DNA of 64,000 nucleotides from Blepharisma stoltei ATCC 30299 (taxonomy: Eukaryota > Protista > Ciliophora), in NCBI GenBank assembly GCA_965603825.1, contig CBFDEM010000003.1:186001-250000 (forward strand), read 5' to 3'. The notes beneath the pieces were generated by a model. That model saw only the letters and a list, made by a program, of their open reading frames with translations, was not told the DNA's origin and made no database searches. The first letter of the stretch is position 1. Each line of letters starts with the position of its first letter. Made by a program: the position numbers and the translations under genes. Below are positions 30,528 through 43,428 of the stretch, piece after piece.

Positions 30528-33500
30528 TTATTTCAAACTATTAAAGGAAAGATTGGCTCTCTGAGGAGTCTTAGCGAAAATGCTTGGCAAGGCTTCTCCT
30601 ATGCTGGACTTAGCCCTGCATACCAAGTCTTCGTGTTTGTCTACAAATTCTCCTTCTCCTATGTCAATAAGTTTGTCTCTTAGGCCAATGTTTTGCCCTT
30701 TAAGGTCTTTTACTTCTTCAAGTAAATCATAGTAGCGGTTTCTCCATATAGTAGCCATTGATTCTGGATCTTGGTCAATGCCCTCCATTTCTTCTTTTAT
30801 CATGTTTAGCTGGTCATAGGCTTCTAATTTTAATTTGGTTTCACTTTTAAGTTTGAGTTTTAAGTCTTGGATTTTTCTATTATAAGCATTGTGGTGATGC
30901 AAATATTGCTTGCCTGCGTCAATTTCGCCTGATTTCATGACTTGAAGCTTTTTGTTTTGGATTTGAAATTGGTTCATAAGCTTGTAGTTATCAACAAACT
31001 CTAGTCGTTGGTGAAGCTTCATTTTTTCTTCAAGCTCTGCTAGCCTTTTTCCTTTGTTTGCTTTGTATTGTTGAAGCTGCAAACGTTGGCTATTCATGTC
31101 TTCTATTTGGGTTTGAAGCTTGTCTGCGAGTTTTTCTGCAGCAGCTAATGCTTGCTGTGTATATGATAATTCCTGCTTTAACAAGGCTTCTCTTCTTTGT
31201 GACTCATTAAGTTGCTCCCACAAATATTGATTTGAGCTTAGCTGCTCCCTGAGATCTTGTATATGCTTTTCAAAATTCTGATTCATTCTCAGTCTTGCCC
31301 ATTGATGCATAGTTCTCATTTTTCTAATAGTTTCCTGTAACAACACCAGCTCTTTTTTCCTTCTTTCCTTAGTACTTGTATCATTTTCTTCTATTACTTG
31401 ATCAATTGCTTGAATTTTCACTTTACTTGTAGGTTTTGACTTAATTTCATTCAATGCTTCTGCCTTTTGACTGTCTATATCAGTTTTCAGCTCTACTGAA
31501 ACTTCATCTCGATAGCTTTTAAAAGCTTGCTTAAGATCAGCAATCTCTCTATCCTTTTCTTGAATTTGTTGTCTGTACTCTGATAATACAATTTCTCGTA
31601 TTTGATGTTCAAGTAGCTTCATGTTGTTTTTGATTTCTTGAAGCTGCCTATGAGAAATGTCTAACTCGTATATTAGTTGGTTGCCTTTTTGAGATAATTG
31701 AGCATTTACAAGATTGTCCATGTTTGTATTCAAGTTATCGATATTTCGCTTAGCTAGCATGATTTCATTTTCTTTTTGCCGGAGCTGAGCTAATAGCTGT
31801 TGGTATTCTAAGCTGGTGGCTTCTTCTCTGGCACGGAACTCAGCTTCTGCATATCTTTGAAGTTGGTCTGCAAATCTTTTAGTAAGTTGGGTTAAGTCTT
31901 TGATAGAGAAAACCAAAGCTTTTCCACAAGTTGGCGCTTCAACAATTGTGCAACGGTTTCTCAAAGTGTTTAAATAATTGTGCAGAATCCCAATCTTTCT
32001 AGTAGAATCTGTATAATTATTGTCAATATTGCATGTAAAATCTTGTTTAACTCCATATTGGCCAGCTGCTTGAGAAGCTTCTGTTAGTGAGGTTACCTCT
32101 CCTTCAATGAATTTAATGGCAAATGAGCATATCAATGACTGAAAAGTATCTTTTAGCAGTTTTACTTCATTTTGAAGCTTTAGCAGCTCTCTATCTTCTC
32201 GAGACAAGCCTGAAGGAAGCTGAGTATCCTTCACCCATTCCAATGTATCTCTATACTGTGCTGATATTTTTTCATATACTACTGGGTCTGTCACAATGTC
32301 TTTATCTGTCCTCCACATAAATAGTGCGCATTTTAACCTTCAAGACTCAAGTTCTGGCTGCAAATAAGTAAGAGTGATTTCTAAAGATTTTAATGGAGCT
32401 TTAGATTTCATTAATTGCTTAGAGGATATATAAGAAGTTATACTCAGTGACATTGCAGTTGTAGTTGCCAGTGTGTGGTTTCTTTCTTCTGATGACACTT
32501 CTAATAGTCCTCATTCTAAATCCCACATATAAGCCCCTGATACCTGTCCTAAAAATGTATCTCTATTATCATTGTCTATATATACAATTCTTTCACAAGC
32601 ATCAATTACATCACAGTCAGGGTTAGAAAACAGTGGAGCAACTTCTTTATTTTTCAATACAAAATTCTTCCTATTAAGTCTAAACAGCATTGTCATAAAT
32701 TCGGACACTTGTATGGCGTCTTCTTTCTTTTCGTGCATTAATGAATGGTGGAGAGATTGGTAGAGGGCAGAAGCGAATACTTGAAAGACTTTTTTGGACT
32801 GCATCACACAGATTTTGGGCTTTTCACCTTTTGTGGCGACTAAAAACTGGGTAGCTAAGCCTTTTAAGCTCCCAAGTCCTCGTTTAATGTCCTCTTCTAA
32901 TGAATATTTTGGAGATTGAGCACTTAGCATATCATCTACAGCTTTATGTGAAATTTCTTCTTCTGATTTTTGTTCATCAATTTTCCAAAAATCATACCCT
33001 GCAATAGTAGTATCTTGTAAGTCCATCACTTCTTCACTGTTTTCTCCTAGCAAATATATGAAAAACTTAACTTGGAGTATTTGAACGCATGCTATAATGG
33101 TTTCTAACGCAGTCTTTACAGGTGATGGAAATCTCCAGTTATTTTTTGTTTGAAGCAGTGTCGTTTCTTTTTCTCTCGGAATCAGCCCTAAAGTCATATT
33201 TTTGATTTTTCCTGTAGACAAATCCAAAACTTCAGCAGAAGAAAACGGATTTCAGTCAGTCCACATATGTGAATCTTCTTCTTTGAACCCTTTCATAGCC
33301 AGAATTTCTTCAGTCGAAGGAATATGTTCAATATTCACAATTTCTCCGTCTTCTCCTACAAAAACTCTGGGTCTCAGCTCATCTTCAATACCTTCAAATT
33401 GTTCCTGGTAAACATTGCTTGGCACGATTTTCATCATCCTTCTGTACTCATGCAGGATTTTTATTATTTGGATTTTAATAGCATCATGATATACATCTCT

Positions 33501-36500
33501 CAGCACCTCTTTGCAATACCCGTCTATAAGATTTGCCCTGACATTTCTAAGGACAAGTGGCAAATGGTCATTTTCGTCTAGAATTTGTTTGTATTTTTCA
33601 GCGATTCGTTTATAAGCGTTTTCAACTTTGACTCTGTGCCTCATTTTTCGGATTTTTATGTCTAAAAAGAATTTGCTGGCTTCCCCGGAAATTCGGGATT
33701 TAAGTCTTTGGATTTCTGCTTCTGCTTTTTCAGGTAAGAGGCCTTCGCCTCTTCTTCCCAGTACATTTGACCATATTGCTTTGGTTTTCTTTGGAATATA
33801 GCTGAAATCTCTTGCCAGCTCAATTTCTGCGATATTTTTAGTCCATTTGTCAAGAGCATTTTGGTTTGTTTGGATTGCTATCATAAGCAGATGCTTGTGC
33901 ATAGTTTGGTATAAAGCTGCAGCTTTAATTTCGCAGATTCCGCATGGGAGCATTAAAGCTTTGAGAGCTTGAACACTTGCAAAATGCAAGTTAGCTTTAA
34001 GCTTAGGGTCAAATTCAAAAGCAGGTATTCAAAAATCAGTCCTTGAGCCTGGTCCATCGTCAACTTCAGCAATGTGCCTTAATCCTAAGTTCCATTCAGC
34101 AGAATCTAAGCTTGTGTTATCTTTTTTCATAGTGATGCACTGTTTTTTATAAAGCTCTTCTAGAATATTGGTTTCTTCAATAGCTTGCTCTAAAGATTTT
34201 CTATACCTTCATGCTTCCATCAAATTGCAACAAATTTGTAGTTCGCTTGGTATATTTAATTCAACATTTTTTTTATCAGTTGGGGTTTGATTTAAAACAG
34301 GTAAAAGTCTTCAATTCCCCGTTTTTACTTCAGCGCCAAGCTCTTTTGCACATTCCATCACTAGCTCTGCTTTATCAATCAAAACCCCTTCTTCAAACAA
34401 AACTAGTGACGTGCATTGGCTATATTTTCAATCCTTCTGAGCAAATTCCCATGACGCTTGCTCTAAAGTGCTTAATGCTAATGGAGTTTCTGTTTCATAA
34501 ATAGTGTATAACTCATCAACACATCTTTGCATTGTAGGCAAAATTTGGCTAATTTTTGATAAAGCAGGGTTTATATCTAATACATCTTTTACATGGAAAA
34601 ACATCCTCTGCTGCGTAAGGATGGACACCAATAAACGGTTATGTTCTTCTATAGCACTTATATGTGCCCAGTAGCTTTGAGTGAAATATGATGCTTTTAG
34701 ATATAGCCTTGGTCGTAATGCCATTAAATTGATTACTTCTTGTGCAACTTTTAGCTGAGTTTCTTTTTCTATTGCATGCTCATATATTTCCATATAAGTC
34801 ATAATGAGTTCTAGTTTTGCTTCTTGGAATTTACTTTCTAGATCAAGCAGCTCACCGACTAAAAAGTCTCTATCTATTGATGGATAATTGTTTCCTTCAT
34901 CTTCGCACCAGCATTCGTATTGCAAAATATAATAGCTTCCAAGCTTTATAAGCTCTTTTTCGATCTCTTTATAGTCATCGAGGATTACTGTGTATGCTAC
35001 ATACTCTCCTTGGTCGTCTTTTACATAAATTTCGTTTTCTACATATTCGAATTGGTCTCTCCTGCCAAATAAAGAAGGCACTTTGTCAAAGATATTGTCG
35101 GAGTTTACAGTTTTAGGAGACGGCACAGTTGGATTGTGTCCTGTATTATCTTTGACTAGAATATCAAGTTCTGCATCAGGCTTAAGCTGTTCTCTGCTCC
35201 CTAAATCAGAGATATCGAATGATAATCTTCTTTGAATACTTCTATAAACATTTAGCATATCAATTAGCTTTTGTTTCAAATTTCGTGATTTCAGTAATTT
35301 TAACGTGTATAGTGCTTTTATGCACTGGGTTGGGAGCTCTATTAAGTCTTCTTCACCTGCCAAATTTGCAACAGTTCTTTCTCGCAGTAAAGAGCTGAAA
35401 TATTTTTTCTTGAGGTCGTTATCAGTGATCCCGATTTCAGTTTTCAACACACCTTTTTTGGAAGCTTTTTCTGCATAAGTTAAAGAAAACTCTTCAAGAA
35501 CTTTGTTAATTGTAGGTAGATCTTGAACATCAAGAATATTAAAAGCTGTTTCTAGCAGTTGGTCATTCCTTTCTAAATAAGCCAATTTCGCTTTTTGGCG
35601 ACGATACCATATAGGAACTTCTGGAATTAGCTTTATTAAATGAATCCAATCAGGCATCTTGGCTGATACAATTTTTATAGATTTAGACGCAATTGAAGAA
35701 GACCCGCCTTGCTCACTTAATGAATAAGCTTTACGAATAGCTGTTAGCCGATGGACTTTTAGATTTTTTAAATTTTCGTATCGTATACCTGCCTTTTCTT
35801 TTTCTTCTTCATTGTTATAAGGATACCAATCAAGCCTTTGTCTTTGCAGCTCAAAAAACTCAGGAAGCAAATGAGCTACTTGATATGATAAAGAATGGCC
35901 ATCATCCAGCTGCAAATCCCCTACAAGGCCGAATTCTTTACTTAGATTATCTAATAGCCCTTGCAGCTGCTTTACATCTACAATTAGAGTTGGTGGGCTG
36001 TCAATTGTATCTATATTAGAATTCAATAAATCTTCATTTAAATTTAAATGTTCCTCTGCAAATGTGCTATGGACCGCTTGTGCTCTTTTCATCATTTCTT
36101 TTTGTCGCTTTAAATTTCTTAAGTTTATATTGGTCACCATCCTGACCACAATTTTCTGTTTTCCAATTTCTTCGCTTCCTGTCAACAATTTCATCCTTTC
36201 TATGCTTTTCTTTTTTAAATTAGCCAATAACTCCATAGACCGCTTCCAAATTTCAGTCCTGTGGAACACCCATAGCCATTTTAGTCTCAAAAGATACCTT
36301 GTAATAATTCTTTCATCATGAAGTCTTTGAGAATTCACTGATAAAAAGTCTTTTATATCATCTCTAGAAATACTGCTATAAGAAATAGTTGGCTCTTCCA
36401 GGAATAAATTTGTCCCTTCATCTGTTTTAGGTGATGGCCGGTTTTCTGATCCTGGAAATTCTTCATCATATCTTAGCCTTTCATATTTTGAAATATAATC

Positions 36501-36989
36501 ATTTACTAATAAATTAATTGACTGTAGTTTTTCGTTTACTTGGGAAATAGTCACTAGTGTAGGGAAATGCTGTGAGAAAAAGGCTCATTTAAGAAGAAAT
36601 TTATACTTGTATTGCTGAAGGAAGAGGATTCGGCTGAAACTGAATTCTGCTAAAGTTTCGCGGATTTCAGGTGGAGTATTTTTTAATTTTAGTGAAAAAT
36701 AGTCAGATAGTAAAGTGTCTGGGTATAAAGGAATAGGTTTTGGGCTTGGGATTTCAGCGATTTTTTCTATTATTTCTTCTCTGAATCTTCGTTGGGCATC
36801 TGGGTGTTTTAAATAGATTGTTGATTGTTTCGAAGAATATACCAGCTTGTGGATTCGCTCTTTTATTCTTGGATCCATAGTAATACTATGACGATTCCTG
36901 ATTTCTTTGTATAAAAGATAGACGTCTCGAAGTCTCCCTACAAGATTTCCAAGCTCTTCTTCGCCTTTAAAAATATGATCTTCTTCCAT
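30528..36989 (-). CDS. Very large coiled-coil protein (~2150 aa), CCDC162/DUF4549-like
   Basis: Five ORF-track fragments share one frame, broken only by TGA where checked; VKDDQGEYVAY..EKELIKLGSYYI..DRDFLV..LESKFQEAK..YMEIYEH resembles CCDC162. Confidence 0.7.
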
Positions 36990-37156
36990 TTAATTTATGA
37001 ATTATAATTTTCTCAATATTAAAGCTGCATGAATTCTTTAAATAAAGGATTTTTAATACCTTTATTGATAATTTGGCTGTAGAATTAATATTTAACTATC
37101 AAAAAACGGCCAAAATGCAACAAACCCACATTGTTTTGCAATTAAATATTTGTAAA

Positions 37157-38722
37157 ATGGAAGCTAAAAAGCTTAAATCTCCCACTTCAAATTTAGATAT
37201 CCATGTGTCTAGTACCCTTTTGGTCCCAGCCACAAATATATACTGTGAAGCAAAAATTCAAACCTGCCCCAAACAAACTTGGTCTCCTCTAGGAGAGACT
37301 GAAGTAATCTACGACTCCCAAAGTCTCCAATGAATAACCCCTATAAAAGCAATTTACAAGTTTCAGGCTCTTCAATACATTCGTTTTAATATTTTTCAAA
37401 AAGACAATGAAAATGACAAGAGGCATATTGGGCTTGCAACAGTGACCTTGGCAAAACTTGTCGGTTCTCCTCAGTTGGAATTTGAGCTTAAAAGCTTAGA
37501 AACTAACGAAGTTGTGGGATCAATTTCTTTATATGCTGAAGAAGAAATTTCATGTAAAGAAAAGGTTTTGCTAACTTTAAGAGGAGCTCATTTAGACGAT
37601 TTGGACACTTTTAGTAAAAGTGACCCATTTTTAAAAATTTATAGAGAACACAGCGGAGATTGGATTTTAATTCATACGACTGAAGTTATTGATGACTGTC
37701 TAGATCCTCAATGGAACCCTATTATGCTTGAAATGAATGAATTATGCAGAGGGGATTTAGAGACCATGATAAAATTCGAATGTTTTGATTTTGATAGCGA
37801 AACAGATTTCGAACTGATAGGAGTTGGGACTTGTAAAGCTGGACAATTATTAGAAAAAGGGTTTAATTTTCCACTTATAAATCATGAGAAACAAAGAAAA
37901 AATAAAAAATATAGAGATTCTGGCGAAGTATTTGTGGAAGATGTCACTGTCACTCAAGCTGACACTTTTATCGATTATATCCGAGCCGGAATGAATTTAA
38001 ACTTGACTTTTGCTATAGATTTTACTGCATCCAATCTTTTACCCTCTAATAATAACAGTTTACATTATATCAACCCAGATCCAAACTATAAAAATGAATA
38101 CCAAAATGCAATAGAACTAATTGGAAAATGCTTAAAAGAATATGACAGCGATAATAAATTAGCAGCATTTGGGTTTGGAGGAATACCATCATGGATAGGA
38201 ATTACGAGTCACTGCTTTCCGCTTAATGAAAATGAGGCAAATCCATATGTTGAAGGATATGAAGGCATTCTGGAAGCCTATAAGCAGAGTTTAAGCAAAA
38301 TCACATTGGATGGGCCTACAGTATTTAATGAGGTTTTGCAGTCTGAGTTTAAAATAATCAATGAGTCTGATGCAAAGACTTATCATATTCTAGTGATTAT
38401 TACTGATGGAGACTATTCGGATATCAGGGAAACAACGAGAAGCATTGTAGAGGCAAGTGAAAAGCCATTGAGCATTATTATAGTTGGTGTTGGATGGGAC
38501 TTTTTTGACAAACTTGTAGCGTTAGACTCTGATAGTGCTTTACTGAAAGATGACAGAGGAAGAAAAGCTGTAAGAGATATTGTGCAGTTTGTTCAATATA
38601 GACAATACAAAAATGAGCCTGAGCTGCTGGCGAAAGAAGTGTTAAAAGAAATTCCTAAGCAAATAATGAAATATATGAAGCAGCATGGGGTTCAGCCCAG
38701 CAATCTCACATCTATCGTATAG
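37157..38722 (+). CDS. Copine (C2-C2-vWA)
   Basis: DDLDTFSKSDPFL, AIDFTASN, AFGFGG, LDGPTVF, YHILVIITDG, PLSIIIVGVG, RDIVQFV; TGA=W at 37331; start could be 37115. Confidence 0.92.
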
Positions 38723-38883
38723 CTTTGATAGCTAATCTTAGTATTAAATAGATTAAATATCTACTTGCAATTTCAATTTTAAGATCTAATATTAGCTCTT
38801 TTCATAAGAGATTTTAATAGGAATTCTAAAGAGATAAAATTAAAAATTTTTCTAATAGCTGTGATTATCTTATACTCTAGTAT

Positions 38884-40146
38884 TTAGTCTGTTTTATGTG
38901 GATATGGTGTTAGTTTTTTTACTGCTAGGAAGGTTCTACTTAAAAGGTAAAGATGGAACATGTGAAGAAAATATGAAAAAGTTGGGTGAGGTGGATAAGC
39001 TATAAAAACACTTTCAATCCCTATAAAGCAAGCTAATTTCACATGAGTTTTAGTACCAAGGCAGACAAAGAATGGAAGAGAATAAAAGTACCATGAATAA
39101 AACTGGTAATGTAGAGATCTTGCAAAAGTAATTCCAATTAAATTGATCGTAAATAATGTGAACACAATCGCTATATAAAAATTACTAAAAGAGTCCAAAG
39201 TTTTATTTTGATTTTTAGGAGAAATAAATTCTTTAACAGAAGATGGAAGATTGAGGGACTGGAGTCTTTCTTTGATAGTATTTCCATCAGAAGCTTTAGA
39301 AATCAAAAACCATATAAGACATCCAACATGTGATACTAAAAGCAATAAATGGAATTTTGATGACAAAAATATATCAAGAGGAAGAAATTGCATATTTACA
39401 GACCATTTCATTTCGAATTTTCTTCCAAAATCAAAAGCTCTTACCAGATATCCAGAAGGGTTTACACTCAAGAACGGTATAGCTATAATAATCTGAAAAA
39501 CGATTATATAAAGCAAAGCTAGAACCATTAGTCGATAATTTTTAGACCAATTCAATAGTAAAAGAACTCCAGGCAGATATAAAAGAATATTCATCTTTAC
39601 TGAAAGTGCAATAGAATAGACAATTATTGCTAGTGCCCACTTATTCTTAATCATTAACCAAATGCTTAAATGCATAAAAGTTATAGCTATTGGATCATTG
39701 AATAATCTTAATAGGAAAATCGAATGGACTCTATATGATAAGCAGCATAAAACCATAGCAAGGATTCCAGTGTGGTTTTTAATTCTTTTGTAAATGTTTA
39801 GCACAGTAAATAAATTCAATAAATAGAGTCCTAGAAATATTTGCTGGCCAAGCTAAATGTTGTTTACTTTTATGTTTTTACCTAAATCTGTGATGTAATA
39901 AAGCGCTGAATAAATATAAACAAAGCCTGCAGGATATACTAATGGTCCGGTGTCTCCTTTTAAGTTAAGATAGTTTCAGTCTCCTTTAAGAAATCCTTCA
40001 ACTTCTTGCATATAAGCAATTCAATCAATTTCTGTATATGATCTTTTTTCTATTATGATAATTCCAACTATAAGCTCTACGAGTAGAAGGCCAAGAATAT
40101 CTGCACGTGGTCTTAAAATCCTAACAATTGTCCCAAAGCTACTCAT
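38884..40146 (-). CDS. ALG3: Dol-P-Man:Man5GlcNAc2-PP-Dol alpha-1,3-mannosyltransferase
   Basis: YTEIDW(TGA)[47 protein letters not shown]; intron 39853-39867 and probable intron 39171-39185. Confidence 0.95.
39853..39867 (-). other. 15-nt spliceosomal intron
   Basis: GTAAACAACATTTAG; removes in-frame TAG in ALG3. Confidence 0.88.
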
Positions 40147-40250
40147 AATTATAAATATAATGATAAAGAAAATATGCTAGAATATGGATGAAATTTTTGT
40201 GACTAAATATTTGATAAAAATCATATAAAATACTTTATATTTTTTAAGAT

Positions 40251-40583
40251 ATGGATAGAAGTGATTCCTTTGATGATTTAGTGAGCTGCTTATGGTATTG
40301 GCAAAGTATAGTATGGAGTGGAGAGTTTAAAGAGACTGATCTACCGATATTGGCAAGGCAGGCTCAGCAATTTCCAGATGGAAAAGTAAATGGGAGCACT
40401 CTTGATATGGTCAAAGCTATTCAAGAAGGCTGTAATTATCGAGTCTCAAGGACTATGGAAGGCTGATTTGTAGATTTTGCAAACCTTATAGAAAGAAAAT
40501 GACCAGAGCTGGAGCAAGATAAAAAAACTGTCTCATTTATAGATGGGATCTTATTAGGTATGATCCGTAAACTAGTCTATTAA
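40251..40583 (+). CDS. Small hypothetical protein (110 aa)
   Basis: ORF extends through two TGA to TAA; composition more GC-rich than flanks. Confidence 0.6.
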
Positions 40584-40693
40584 GCCATCAACATTCTGAA
40601 AAGATAGGAATAGTGCTTATTGAGAATTTTAAATATAAAAAAGAATATTAAAGATTGTGTATAATTAATATTAATTAAATTATGATATAATAA

Positions 40694-41515
40694 ATGAGAA
40701 TTAAAAGAGGAAAGCAATACAAGAAAACAGTGATGTTTTATAAGACAAATTTTAATTTCCAAGAGCCTTATGAAATTATTCTTGATGGAAATTTTATTCA
40801 ATATTGTGCCAAGCTTCATTGAAATGTAAAAGAAATGCTTATGAAGCTTGTCGGAGGAATCGTACACATAAAACTTTCGCCCTGCGTATATCGAGAACTG
40901 AAAGATTTGCACAAAAGTGATAAACTTATTGCTGGGACAATAAATATCGCCAAATCTTTTAGACAAGATGAATGCAAGCATGAAGAAATCCTGACACCAA
41001 CTGAATGTATATTGAAAATGATTGGTAAAAAGAACAGGCATCATTATTTTGTAGCCACACAAGATGTTTCCTTAAGAGAAACCTTAAGAAAAATTCCGTC
41101 TGTTCCCTTAATTTACTTTAAGCATGGCTTAATGACTTTGGATCCTCCAAGTGAAGTCAGCTTAATAAAATGCCAACGAAAAGAAAAAATCAAGCTAAAA
41201 CCAGAGTCCTCTGAAAAAGCTAACTTAAAGCTAATGCTAAAAAACGCAAGAATAGAAAAAAGAGAAGAAGAGCGGCAAGAAAAAGAAAGCCTCTACCAAG
41301 ACAAAGACTTCAAAAAGATGAAAATAGAGCTCGGTGTCAAAAGAAAGGCTAAAGGTCCTAATCCACTATCATGCAAGAAAAAGCAAAAAATCGAAGATGA
41401 AGAAGCCCCTTCCGCTATTAAAAAGATAAGAAGAAAACGAAAGCCTAAAGATTCTTCTACACAGCTTACCAACAACCCAAGTGAAGGCAACGAAGAATCA
41501 ATTATTCAAGAGTAA
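40694..41515 (+). CDS. UTP23: rRNA-processing protein UTP23 (Fcf1-type PIN)
   Basis: MRIKRGK..F.F.EPYEIILDGNF..CV..EL..YFVATQD..LRKIPSVPL..KGPNPLSCKKK. Confidence 0.93.
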
Positions 41516-41565
41516 TTAATCTTCTTCTCGATCTAAAATGATTCTGATTTGTTTTGATAAATGGA

Positions 41566-43344
41566 ATGTTTATTAAGAAGTTTAGCCTAGGGAATGAGAA
41601 CATAGTCTCTTCAAAAGAAAAAAAATCCCTGGTCTCTAAGCTTTCTCCTGCATTGGAATTTATAAATGACAAAAAGGTTGAACTAAAAGTAGCAAAAATA
41701 GCAGGCAGCAAAGGAAAGATATATTTCAGACATCAAAATGATGAATGGGTGCCAATTCTGGTTGACAGCAATGGGAAGCTTGATATTTTTCCAACTGTTT
41801 TTTTATTGTGGGATAACCCTTTGCTGTTGCCGGTTATAGAAACTTGGTCAGGAGTTAGCGAAGCGATAATTAATGGTGCAGACTTAATGTGGCCGGGGAT
41901 ATGTGATGGAAAAGCTGTAACCCAATGGGTTAGGCCAGGTATGTGGGTTTCTATTAAAATACATAAAAACGATGCCCCAATTGCAGTAGGGAAAATATTG
42001 CAAATTCCTGAGGATAAAGAAAATCTGAAAGGAAAATGTGTGGAAGTGTTTCATTTTTACAGAGACAATTTGTGGGAATTACATCAGATAATTCCGAATG
42101 ATGGATTTGGGATTGATTTTGTAGGATCTTATGGGGTTGAAAATAGAGAACAAGAAGAGGAAAAGAAAAATGAAGAAAATATTCAAGAAGAACTTAAAAA
42201 TGAAGAAAACAAAAAAGATGCTCAAGAAAATTCTGAGATAGAACAGAGAGAAAATAACAAAAGCAGCATTGAATTAGAAAATAAAGAAATAACTCAAGAA
42301 GAAATTAAAGAAAATTTTCCACAGGATGAGCCTCAAAATCCTGAAGAGTGCCCAAAAGATGAAGAAAATCCTCCAAAAATCGTAGAAGAAACCAAAGAAG
42401 TAGTGGTTTCAGAAGATATAGTTATTCAAATTCTCCTCACAGCTTTAAAAGTTGGTATTAAAGATGAACATCTTCCTCTAGAGCCTAGTCAGTTATTAAT
42501 AGTTATGAATCAATGCAAAAGAGATATTCCCTTCTCAATGCCAAATTCCCCTTTCAAAAAAATTGGAAAACTTCTGAAGCATGCCAACGATATTGGGTTA
42601 ATCGAATATAAAGAACCTAAAGGAAGCGATCACAAGCTAGTAACAAGTATATCAAGATTCCATCCACTTTATGTCCAGTGTGTCCCAATTGTGAAAAAAC
42701 CAAAACAGAATAAAAATATCGAAAAGCTTGAAGAACAAAGCCAATATCCAATAGTCACTTTTACACCTGTTCTTATCCCGCACCAAAAAACAAGCCAATT
42801 TTTACTCCGAAACAACATTGAAGCAGAAGTTTTTACAAAGCAAGAATTAAGTGCTGCAATGCAGGACTATATAAAGTCCCACAAACTGGATGAAAATGCT
42901 CCAGATAAATCTCAAATTCTATTAAATGAAGAACTAGCAACTATTTTGGGTGTCCCACAAGGGCCATTTAATAAATCAGAGCTTGCGAAGAAATTTTCAG
43001 AAAAATTTGCAGAGGGATATGTAGAAGAAGAAATGTCTGGAATGCATCTTCCAATTGTGAAGCATGGTCAAATTCCATGCGTTGAAATCAGTGAGGCAAA
43101 AAGGAATAAAAGAAAAAGGCTGACGTTAGCTAAGGGGTTAGAAAACTATCGTGTAGATTTAAAAGAACTTTGCTCTAATTGCCAAAGACATTTTTCTACT
43201 CAGTGCTCTTTATTAGAAGGATATCCAAATACACAAAGTAATTACATGATCTTTCAAATTCAAGGCTCACTGTGTTCTGAGCTATCAAGCTATCTTTCTA
43301 ACACATATAAAATACCAAAGCAATTCATAAAGATTAAAAATTAA
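41566..43344 (+). CDS. EIF2D: Translation initiation factor eIF2D (ligatin): PUA + SWIB + SUI1
   Basis: FPTVFLLW..NGADLMWPG..APIAVG..KGKCVEV.H.Y.D.LW; FKKIGKLL; SWIB-like segment; C-terminal SUI1-like (GLENY..QIQG). Confidence 0.88.
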   Translation: MFIKKFSLGNENIVSSKEKKSLVSKLSPALEFINDKKVELKVAKIAGSKGKIYFRHQNDEWVPILVDSNGKLDIFPTVFLLWDNPLLLPVIETWSGVSEAIINGADLMWPGICDGKAVTQWVRPGMWVSIKIHKNDAPIAVGKILQIPEDKENLKGKCVEVFHFYRDNLWELHQIIPNDGFGIDFVGSYGVENREQEEEKKNEENIQEELKNEENKKDAQENSEIEQRENNKSSIELENKEITQEEIKENFPQDEPQNPEECPKDEENPPKIVEETKEVVVSEDIVIQILLTALKVGIKDEHLPLEPSQLLIVMNQCKRDIPFSMPNSPFKKIGKLLKHANDIGLIEYKEPKGSDHKLVTSISRFHPLYVQCVPIVKKPKQNKNIEKLEEQSQYPIVTFTPVLIPHQKTSQFLLRNNIEAEVFTKQELSAAMQDYIKSHKLDENAPDKSQILLNEELATILGVPQGPFNKSELAKKFSEKFAEGYVEEEMSGMHLPIVKHGQIPCVEISEAKRNKRKRLTLAKGLENYRVDLKELCSNCQRHFSTQCSLLEGYPNTQSNYMIFQIQGSLCSELSSYLSNTYKIPKQFIKIKN

Positions 43345-43428
43345 CGCTAGATAATTAGATAAATTGCCTTTTCAATAAAGAAACTACAAATAATTGCTAT
43401 TCATAAAATTTTTATTTAAACTTAAAAG

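Noticed and set aside
6979-36989. Apparent cluster of ciliary/centriolar genes as a functional operon
   Set aside because: Interspersed with unrelated housekeeping genes on both strands; ciliary genes are abundant in ciliate genomes, so enrichment cannot be claimed without a genome-wide test
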